DNA from: Paraspadella gotoi
Taxonomy: Eukaryota; Animalia; Chaetognatha
NCBI GenBank assembly: GCA_051294375.1
Contig: JBJCIZ010000282.1
Location: 627,878 to 690,289 of the forward strand
DNA: 62,412 nucleotides
Direction: 5' to 3'
The position numbers were made by a program, and so were the translations under genes. The notes under the pieces are model-generated. The model was not told the DNA's origin, ran no database searches, and saw only the letters and a list, made by a program, of their open reading frames with translations. Positions 53,290 to 62,412 of this stretch are shown here, piece by piece. Numbering within the stretch: position 1 is the first letter of the stretch; each line of letters begins with the position of its first letter.

Positions 53290-53508
53290 AGAGGCTCTCT
53301 ATCGTTTTTAATAGGTAAAAAAAACAGTAATGATTCAAGGGTATGTACATATATTTACAATTATCATTGGCAAACAATAATCATGTTGTGAGAATTATTT
53401 ATATACATAGTTACAAGTATCAAATTATTCGCCCTCTTTTTTTTCTCTAAAATTTCCTTTATATTTCTCTTTGAGGCTGGTGGTATTTCGTGTAACATTT
53501 TTTTTTGG
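53290..53508 (-). pseudogene. pPolB: C-terminal stub of pPolB in copy D
   Basis: Nucleotide match to 14555-14764 (FANDNCKYMYIPLNHY). Confidence 0.75.
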
Positions 53509-54804
53509 AAGGAAGCCTACCCAATCCAGCACTAACATATTCAGTCGAAACTGTCTTTCTCAACCAATGACACGTCATGTCCCGGCCTCATCGTCAAGCC
53601 TCTCATTTGCAAAAGCCAAGGGGCCCCGAATCTCATTTTGAGGCTCTTTCTTAATTCTTAACCTTTCACTTTACTTAATTACTTTGCTATCCCTACCAAA
53701 TGTATCTTCTTCACTTTGATTTTTCTTTTCTTTTCTTCAATTATTTATTATAGTTTAAATTGTTAATTATTTAAAATTTCAGTATTACAAAAAAATCTTT
53801 TTAACTGTTTTTCATTAAGGAAATGTATTATTTCTTTCTTCCCTGTCTCTTTCTCTCTTATCTTGCTCTCTCTTCCCAATTGACCATTTCCCTTTCTTTT
53901 CAAAACTAAATTCAATCTGTCCTTTACCCTTGGCCTATTCTCACCACTGGATCATGTCCTTTCTAAACTCTGTGTTTGGAAACTTTGCTCGCTCTCTCTC
54001 TCTCTCTCTCTCTTCTCTCACTTGTTAATTCGATCATAATCATTTCTCTGGAAGAAGATCGGCTGTATGGAACCGTATTACTGAAAAAATGTTTATTATT
54101 TTCTATGCACGCAGGGTCACGCGTTCGATTCGTCGGCTGTGGTTAACTGGCTTAACTGGAGCAAGGTTTTTTTAAAATCTCGAAATGACGTAAATGGGTC
54201 GAATAAATGACGAATAAATCGTGAATAAGTTTAATTTATTGTAGAGGTAAATAAATGCCGAATTTAAAGTAGTACAATACAGGTTCATGAGAAAATCCTT
54301 GGATTTTCCGTAAAAAACTTCTGTTTCAGTTACAGCCGATCTTTTCCAGCAGAAACGATTATGATCCGAAAAACAAGTGACGAGGTTTATCGGCTAAAAA
54401 GAAAGTTACAAGAAGCGACTAGAACGGTGAAAAAACTGGTCTGAAAAGGTCAACTTAATTACAAGGGAAAAATGACCAACGCTAGAGGTCACAAAATCTT
54501 TCTTTCTTCTCCCCTTCTTTAATTATGAAACAATGTGAATAATTCACAAAAACATTTGGCGCTTGAAGAGGCTCAAATTTGAGCCGAAACAAGTACGTCT
54601 ATAATTATATAAAATTGTTTTTGTTAAAGTTATTCACACTATTCCTTTAATATCTAATTATTTATTGTAAGGAAATAACATCCTTGTTATACAGACTAAA
54701 TGAGTCAATAAAATGTTAAACAAAATTGATAAGAGGTTATGAAAATAGTGATAAAATTTATTTTGCTGAACAATTGTTAATAGTAATTATTATTATTTAT
54801 TATT

Positions 54805-54843
<39 letters not shown>

Positions 54844-55487
54844 GTATTATTAATTGTACTATATTTAACAGAGTATTCTTATTTTTAGAAACGATTTTTA
54901 CCCATCTTTCATGAGAATTTCGTCATTTTGATTAAAAAAAAAGACAGATCGGCCAGAGCAATCTACGGAAGGGAGGAGAGTGGTAATGGGTAAGGCCGTA
55001 TGGTAAGTCAAGCTGGTAAAGCCTTAATTATAAGCTGTATTAAAGTTTAAGTAGGCTACTAAAAGCGTTTAAAACTTTTAAAAAGGATATTGACTCGCTT
55101 ATGTGGCTTAGCGGTACTTATTTTCCATTTTGCTTAATTTTTAACAATTTTTTATGAAAATACTTGTATCTTTTTAAAATCACTCTAATATAACAAACAT
55201 ATTTTTTTTGTATTTTTATGGATAAAAATGGGTTTAAAATTCTTTGTTTTAACTATATTTTTACTTTAAAGTGAAAACTTAACCAGCTTTCTTCTGATAT
55301 AAAATTTTTGCTATTTTTTAAATTTTGCATTTCAAATGCTTTATAAAATCGATAGAACGGGAAAATTGAAAATGCGAACGAAATTTTCATTTTTTTTATC
55401 TTGGGGCCATAGTACTTATATTCAATACAAAAAAATTAAGGGGACACAAGAGGTAATATTCATAATATTGTATTTTATGCTCGCGCT

Positions 55488-58400
55488 ATTATACATGTCT
55501 TAGGCTTCCTGATAGTCACTCTCGAAATGTTTTTCGTTTGAGTCGGGGGATAAAAATCTTTCGTGGTTAGGGAATTCCGTTTGTTGCTAAACACATTCAC
55601 TCCTTGAAGAAAATCGTAGGAAAAAGTTTGCTTTCTGAGAAACTGGGGGCCAAGGATTCGTTCATAATTATTGTTGTTTACAAATTGATGGGTATAAAAA
55701 AAAAATTTTTTTTAAATTTTTTCGCGCAGTCTTGCGCAGGGGGGTTCAGAACCCTTTTCGTTCGACACAAATCGCCAAAACGTTATTTTCGAATAATTTG
55801 TTCACCAGGGAGCCAGACTCTCGAAATTAAAGTAGTTACACAATCGAATTTTTTGAACGCGAAAAGTCTCAGTCTTTACACTTTTTACACGAATTTTTTT
55901 CTTTCGTTGTTTTATGAAAAACTTCTAATCCTTTTCCCGTTCTTTTTCAGCGGTTCGTCAATCATCATCGTCGTGTTCTCTGAGTCGTCGTCCTTGTCCT
56001 CGCGAGCACAGCCTCTAAGCCGGCTCCCCGTCGTTCGAATCTAACTCCCACTCGTGTCTTCGTCGTCTGGCAGACCTTCTCGCCGGCTTCAGTCGCTTTC
56101 CGCGCCTCCAGCGCCTCCAGACGGTCGTAAGCTTCGGAGATTCCCGGGCATGTCGGCGAAACCATCTTTCTCCCTTTCTCCGAACTAAATGGGAACGTGC
56201 CCTTTTCTGTACTCTTCGATCTTTTCGGTTTCGTTTCGCTCTGCAGGTCCAGGCATTAAGAAACGTATTGCTGACGCTCATGACCTTTTCTTCCGTCTTA
56301 CCCAAGACACCACTCTTGCGAAAATAATGGCTTAAGTTCGCTATGGAAGAGGAGCCAGGATGCTGGGTGAAGTCATAACTTGAGATTTGTATAGCTATAG
56401 TATTTCGCTCTTGTCTATCAATGCTAAATTACATCAGATTGCAAAACTATAGCATATATTTTATGTTAAATGTGTAATCCAAATCAATATTACCGGATAA
56501 ATGTTCGTTGATGTAAATACTGTTACTTGTTTCTGAATAATAAATCATTTTTTTTGGAAAGGAATCTTACATAATTCACAGTTTTTTGCGCTTTGTACTC
56601 TTTGCGAATTTATCTGTTTATTTCTAACATGTTGGTAGTTATGAGTTCATTTAATTTCGTAAGAGTCGTTATTACAGAGGAATCCAAAAATGTTTTTTGA
56701 AACTGTGTAATTTCATTCTTCCTCGCTCTTTGCCTGATAGTGCCTGATTAGAAGGTATGTGTTTATCATAGTAATTAAATTATACTGATAGGCGTATGAA
56801 ACCAATTTAAATACTTTATAATGTTTACTTCGTTTATAAAATTTGATGCATGCATGTCACTACCGCACATCCCTACTGTGTTCGTTTTTCGTTGCTGAAT
56901 CGGCACCAAGGTTGTTCTTGATCCTCTCCCTCTTCCAAGGGATGTACTCTCTGTTCAGATTCAGGAATTTTTATTCAGAGTATTTATATCGCTTCCGTGT
57001 CACAGGCGCCCTATGAATTTTGAAAGCAATAAAACGAAGGACCAAGATTTAAATTGATTGTGAGTGCCGGTGGAGTCAGCTACAAATTTTTTGTTTCTTT
57101 TTTCTTTTGAAACCGTTTCGTAATGTTGATCTTTAAATATAGCTACTAAACGATTTCTTAAACATTTAACGCAGTTAAGAGCTTAATGCGGGTATATTTC
57201 CTTAGCTTATTGGATGACGACAGAAGGTCTGGAGAGAGACGGAATGACATGAAGTGGCTGACGCCTTTTCGAGCTGTAAAATGTGAGGTCGAACTGCTGG
57301 GTTTCGTTTTGCACGAGGAAATGAAGAACTGGGAAAATTCAATTTCTTTATTCTTATTTGTATGTATAAATATTGAATTAGCAAATTAAATTTTATTGAG
57401 TTTCCTAATTTGTTCGATTTGTTCTCGGACAGGTGATCGGGAAATTCACGCCTCGTGATTAAATAATTTATAAAAGGGTTTATATTTTTTTTCGTATCGG
57501 GCTATTTTTGGCATAAAAAGTTAAAAATTGATGCTTATTATGCAATTCAGCAAACATTTACCATCCTTACTTTGGAACGTTTAAAAAGGCGTTTTTTCTT
57601 TTGGAGGAATTTTGGGTTTTTGGGAAGCCTCTGCCGACACTCATTGATATTTTTAAAGCGGAATATATTTTATTTTAAGAATACTGTTGTATAAGATAGA
57701 CGAGTGCCGGGATTGTTTCAGCGTCAGTTTTTGGAAATTTCATAATAACAAATTTTCGAATATCCTTGTTTAACGTGATCCCGTAACCCGTCACGCGGAT
57801 CAAGATTTCTACGGGTTGTTGACTTTCCGTATATATTTCAAGTCGCGTCTTCGAGTGTTCGACGTCGCTCTCTTCCCCCCATCTGTGGGACGTGCCAACG
57901 GCGGAAAATAATGCTAAAACAATTTTTACTGAAAACTTTGATAGATTTTTGTTTTTTAGTTCTCGAAGTATAAATTCTAAAAAGCGGTTTTGGCTCTCTT
58001 AAGCAATTCGACAAAATCGGCCGACTCTTCGCGAGGAACGAATTCTTTAAACGATTGAATTATTTTGCCTAATGATTTTTGATACGAACTTAAATAAATC
58101 AACGTTATTTTGAGATAAACCGAATAAAGACTCTCGTATTCGTCCTCTTTTATCCGGAGTTGGCTATTTTTTTTTTTCTTTAAATTTATTGTTAGTAAAA
58201 TGCTTACGGGTTACAATCTCTTTCGTCCTCCCAGTCGTCGGACTCTTCCTCTCGAAGCTCGCGTTCCTTCGTCGTCGTTGGTTCCTCTTCGTTGCTGGGT
58301 GGTGTGGGCTCGCTGTGTGGTAAGAACTCGTTGGCTGCGGTGGTGGGTGGGTCGGCGTTTCGCGGGAATTCGGTGATTTGGCCGGTATCCTTGTTACGTG

Positions 58401-59070
58401 TGGGTGGAATTGAAGTTCTCGTGATTCGCTTCGGTGGAAGGATGCATTGGAGGGAACTTTGACCCTCTGCCGAACTTTCCCCGTTCCTCTTTGCGGAAAG
58501 AATGGATCCATGAGTCGATGGGGCGCTGAATCCAAAAGTCGCGAAGAGAACGATAGGGATTTCGAACGGCTACATGGTGGACGTTGATTCTTTAAAACCG
58601 ATATGATGTCGGTGAGAGCTTTCACGTTTCACAAGAAGTTTTTTAACTTTTTTGTTTTTTATTTCAACAGTGATCCGTGATTACTGTGTTTAAGTACAAT
58701 GTCAAGTGTTGTTGTGTAAGAAAAATTTACTATTACCTCCTCCAATCCTAATGGATTCTGATAATCGCGAATTTGGGATATTAAAGTAATTTTTTTCTCT
58801 CGTTTTTTCGTTTCATGATTAGTGTTAGGGAGGGTTGCTGTGGGGGTAAGTGGGCAGTTAGTAATTGTCCAATGATGACCGCTTTCGTTCGCTGCGATAT
58901 CCTGATGTATTTTCCTTCGTTTCGGGGGGTGGAGTACGAACTTACATTGCTCGGTCTTCTTCGCGATGGTAAGGCGTTGTCGTCAGGGGAAATCATTAGT
59001 CTATTGACATCTTCTTCCCTTGGAGTCGGTAAGCTTCCGATAATTCGGCGAAGAAAAGTCATTTACCATA
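55488..59070 (-). pseudogene. pPolB: pPolB N-terminal two-thirds in copy D, frameshifted; polymerase motifs A-C absent
   Basis: Collinear with 16605-20070 and 347-4600. Confidence 0.88.
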
Positions 59071-59145
59071 TTTAATTTTAATAGAAAGCATTCGTAACAC
59101 TGGCAATTAAGTTCTTATTGGCATAAAATATCGTTTTCCATTTTT

Positions 59146-59763
59146 TTAAAACAGATCGTCGACGAGTTGTTGTAGGAACGCCGTGGGGTCTTCCGCTTCC
59201 GGTTCCGTCGAATCGTGGCGGACGAAATTCTCGGTGGTGAAATCGGTGTCATGAAAATCGTTGTGGGAAGACGGTGTCGGGGGATGTGGAGTCAGGATTG
59301 GTATCGTAGGAAAATCTGGGATGTTTTTGAAGCGAAAGTACGAATCTACCTCTTCTGCGCTCGATCGCGTAGAACTTTTTTGTGTGGGAACAGACAGGTC
59401 CAACGGAGTGTCGTTGTCGTCGATCCTTAGCGATAATTCTCTGAGATGTTCTCTTGCGGTTTGTAAACGGTTTTGGTGAACGATCGATGGTTCGGGGGCA
59501 GAATTTTTTATTTGGATTTGTTCACAAAAAGTTTTAAAGGACGAAATGAGTTGTTCCTGTTGCGCGCGGATGGTGTGACAATTTTCGCAATGTTTGGCAA
59601 TTTCGTTCTTGCATAACAAAATTATTTTGTCTTTTACTTGTTGAGGAAAATCGATTTCTTCGCTTACTTTGTAAATGTTTAGGGACTGGTCGAAAAAAAA
59701 TTCGCTCTGTTTTCGTTCGTCTTCTTCGGTAGAAATTAAGGAAAAATGGGGACTCAATGCCAT
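59146..59763 (-). CDS. 205-aa E1A-like/'oncoid' putative transcriptional regulator with a CtBP-binding PLDLS motif
   Basis: Intact ORF: CENC, predicted coiled coil, DDNDTPLDLSVP (PLDLS at 59392-59406), Pro/acidic region, C-terminal FLQQLVDDLF; present in four copies. Confidence 0.8.
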   Translation of the reverse strand: MALSPHFSLISTEEDERKQSEFFFDQSLNIYKVSEEIDFPQQVKDKIILLCKNEIAKHCENCHTIRAQQEQLISSFKTFCEQIQIKNSAPEPSIVHQNRLQTAREHLRELSLRIDDNDTPLDLSVPTQKSSTRSSAEEVDSYFRFKNIPDFPTIPILTPHPPTPSSHNDFHDTDFTTENFVRHDSTEPEAEDPTAFLQQLVDDLF

Positions 59764-60017
59764 GGCGCGAAATGGGGGGAATGACGTCGACTCGTTTTTC
59801 GGTCGAATCGAAACACGATCGTTATGGTTCGGTGGGCACGCGCGCGCGCGTTTACGGAAAACATTGACGAAGATAGATGTTTTGAATTTGTCTAGTCTGC
59901 TTCTCTCTGCATCTCTCTCCTTCTCTTCTCTCTCTCTCTCTCTCTCTAACGTATGTTCTCCTTCTCTCTCTTCTTCTGCTTGTCTCTCTAACGATGTCTC
60001 TATCTCTCTCTTCTCTC

Positions 60018-60044
<27 letters not shown>

Positions 60045-60048
<4 letters not shown>

Positions 60049-60250
60049 GGTGGTTTTTTCATTCTTTCCCTTCTTATCTATAAATGACTAATGACCTTAA
60101 GGCTCGCGAAAGTTTTTCTTTCTGTCAACTGATAAGTTTCTTTTTCCATTGTTCGCTTTTTCACTTTTCACTTTTTCGCTTTTTCGCTTTCTGAAATTTT
60201 TTTCCGACTTTTCTGTCTCTCTCTCTCTCTCTCTCTCTTTCAAATAACCA
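60045..60250 (+). promoter_or_regulatory. Divergent promoter/5' region between the PLDLS ORF and the mucin-like gene: TATA box, GATA site and TTTCAC/TTTCGC repeats
   Basis: TATAAA at 60079-60084, tgataag at ~60130, ttttcacttttcactttttcgc at 60157-60191; conserved at ~21100-21300, ~36140-36300 and inverted at ~42200-42430. Confidence 0.5.
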
Positions 60251-60256
60251 ACGAAG

Positions 60257-61569
60257 ATGATTCGGCTCATGCTCGCGATATGCTGTTTCGCGCTCGCCGT
60301 CGCTCGTCCAGTCATCCCAGATGACTATTATTACTACGGTGGATATTATACCGAGCCACCGGCCGTCACCGTTTTGACGTTGAGGATGACGCCGCCGGTT
60401 TCCACTCCGGTGTTTTCGACCGCTGCGCCAACAACGCCCGCTATCGATTGGAACAATTTTTTTAGACGAGTATTCAAATTGGCGTGGGCGAAGGCCGACG
60501 TCTCTCGGGGAACGACGACGATCGCTATGACGCCGGCGATCGAGACGCGGCCCGCGCCGACAACGACGACGACGACGACGACGAGTGCCGCGCCGGTGAG
60601 GAAGAGTGCCGCGCCGTCGATCGCGACTGCCGCGCCGACGACGAGCGCGGTGCCGTGGGCGCGGTCGTCGAGCGCCGCGCCGACGACGACGAGGGGCGCC
60701 GCGCCGACGACGACGGGTGCCGCGCCGACGACGACGGGTGGCGCGCCGCCGACGACGACGGGTGGCGCGCCGCCGACGACGACCGCGGTGCCATTGTCGC
60801 GGTCGTCGAGTGCCGCTTCGACAATGCAGGCGATTTTCGCGGTGAATGGGGACGATCGAACGCCTGGAGCATTCGCGCCCGATGGAATCGAGGTAAAAAA
60901 TATGCGGGTCTCGCGTCTTTAGGGCAATCGTTATATCAAAAAAAAATTTTCAGGCGTCGGGGGCAGATGGCGAAATCGAGGAAGGGCGGGGAAACGAACC
61001 CGATGATGATGACGAGGTAATCGATGATAATAGCCATTTTTTCTCTTTAGTTCGAAATTGATTAGTTTTTAATTTTTTTACAGCTGGGCGATAATTCCTC
61101 TGTTCACTTGGCGACCTACGCGGGACCTACGATCACTTGTCTGGTGGTCGTAGGTTTATTTTATGTGATTCGGCGTGATGTGAAGCGGGCGTGGACGTCG
61201 TCCTGGGAGGAGCCCGGACTCCTTCCCCTTCGAGAGAGTGTCTCGAGATGTCGACCTTACCGAGAATCGGCGCAGGAAGATCGATCGAGGCGAAAACTCT
61301 TCCTGGACGCGTTCGACGTCTCGACGCGAGACTCGCCTTACCTCGATTTAACCACCAATTTTGGTCAGTCGTTGCGGTCTTTCGTCCACCATCCTCAAGT
61401 TCACGCCCCCGCCGATGGGGGAGAAAACATTTACGGGGGGCTGGAAAGGGTGGGGGAGAGCGAGGAGGATCTTGCTAGTTGGGGAACGGACTGGGGAGAG
61501 GATGAAGTGGACGAAGGGGATCGTTATTTAACTCCCGTCGCTTTCACCACGTACAAAGCGGTTGACTAA
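60257..61569 (+). CDS. 3-exon, 394-aa type I membrane mucin/proteoglycan-like glycoprotein (exons 60257-60892, 60954-61016, 61084-61569)
   Basis: Signal peptide MIRLMLAICCFALAVA, Thr/Ala/Pro-rich stalk, two phase-0 GT-AG introns (61 and 67 nt) that give one open frame without any correction, transmembrane LATYAGPTITCLVVVGLFYVI followed by RR, acidic Tyr-containing tail. Confidence 0.85.
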
Positions 61570-61728
61570 TCTCTCTCTCTCGGTCTCGGTCTTTCCGCTG
61601 TCGTTCGGTCTCTCTCTCTCTCTCTGGATAATATATTTTAACTTTTTTTGGCACGAGTTTCGAACACTTTCCCCATTTGAAACGATCGAGATTTGTAAAG
61701 AAGAAACAAATTTTAAAATTCGAAAAAA

Positions 61729-62077
61729 ATGGCTATCAAAAAATATTATTTTGAAACAAGTGTGAATCCAATGACGATCGCGTAAGTAATAATAGTATAT
61801 TTAAAATTGAAAATAGATTTTAAAAATATTTTGTTTATTACTTTAAAGATTATCCACTACGATGATCGGGGAAGATGTTCGAGCTCAGTCATCCGGACAC
61901 GAGACGGAGATCGTACTCATAATTTTAACCATATTGATTATTGTTTCTCTCATTGTATTATTGATGTGTGCATGCAGAAATAAACTTCGTAGGTTAGTTT
62001 CTAGGTTATTTCCTGATGCCCGTAACAATGTCGTAGTTAGTTTCGTTCCTTTGTTAGATGTAGAAACCTATGTTTGA
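61729..62077 (+). CDS. 2-exon, 93-aa single-pass membrane protein with C-terminal PDZ-binding motif ETYV (exons 61729-61781, 61849-62077)
   Basis: A 67-nt intron gtaagt..ctttaaag joins MAIKKYYFETSVNPMTIA in frame to LSTTMIGED..; transmembrane IVLIILTILIIVSLIVLLM, then CAC and a basic stretch; AATAAA at 62080-62085. Confidence 0.82.
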
Positions 62078-62412
62078 ATAATAAAAAATATTTGCCAATG
62101 AATAGTTCTATTGATGCCAGTTAACTATTGAATAAGATAGCCGGGGGAACCCGCATATTCGTGAAAAAGTTTTTATGTGGACGCGTTCTCTCTGTGTGAC
62201 AGAAGGTAAACATTGCCTCTGGCTAGAAGCTGTCAACGGTTTGACGAGTTTTGGAATATAGGGGCACCATGGCTTTAAGCCGTAAAAAAGTAGGAACCTT
62301 GATGGTTCCGATTGTTTGTTCCGTTGTAGGACGGAACAGACGTCGATATATGGGGGATGGAACAGACGTCGGTCTCTCTCTCTCTCTCTCTCGTCCCGAA
62401 ATGTCTGTTCGC

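Larger units (their letters stand above)
39375..62412. mobile_element. Near-complete Polinton/Maverick (copy D, possibly two elements joined at the N gap 48579-48603): inverted terminal cassette, INT, ATPase, minor capsid, core, MCP, protease, pPolB, PLDLS ORF, terminal cassette
   Basis: ~23-kb span with the structural module on + converging on pPolB on -, and homologous ends in inverted orientation. Confidence 0.8.

Noticed and set aside
60484-61020. Overlapping Asp-, Arg- or Ser-rich ORFs over the mucin-like gene (also at 21448-22130 and 36360-37115)
   Set aside because: Alternative frames of the stop-poor acg/gcc repeats; only the Thr-rich frame has a signal peptide and in-frame splicing

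Overview
Eukaryotic (probably metazoan) scaffold with N gaps, many (CT)n microsatellites and dense homopolymer indels that look like long-read consensus noise. It is dominated by four partial copies of one Polinton/Maverick (adintovirus-like) endogenous dsDNA virus: A ~1-5.7 kb, B ~14.1-23.7 kb, C ~33.3-37.7 kb and D ~39.4-62.4 kb. Clear core genes are a protein-primed PolB (all motifs in copy B), a double-jelly-roll major capsid protein and an adenain-type cysteine protease. Noisier remnants of integrase, packaging ATPase, minor capsid and core proteins are also present. The most notable part is an adenovirus-like host-control region at the element end. It holds (i) an E1A-like ORF with an exact CtBP-binding PLDLS motif upstream of PolB, (ii) a divergently transcribed 3-exon, 394-aa type I membrane mucin/proteoglycan-like protein with Tyr motifs in its tail, and (iii) a 2-exon, 93-aa single-pass membrane protein ending in the PDZ-binding motif ETYV. 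The two membrane genes also occur inverted next to the integrase, which suggests gene-bearing terminal inverted repeats of more than 2 kb. Between the copies lie Ty3/gypsy remnants, a MITE and other repeats. All calls come from reading motifs by eye; no searches were run.
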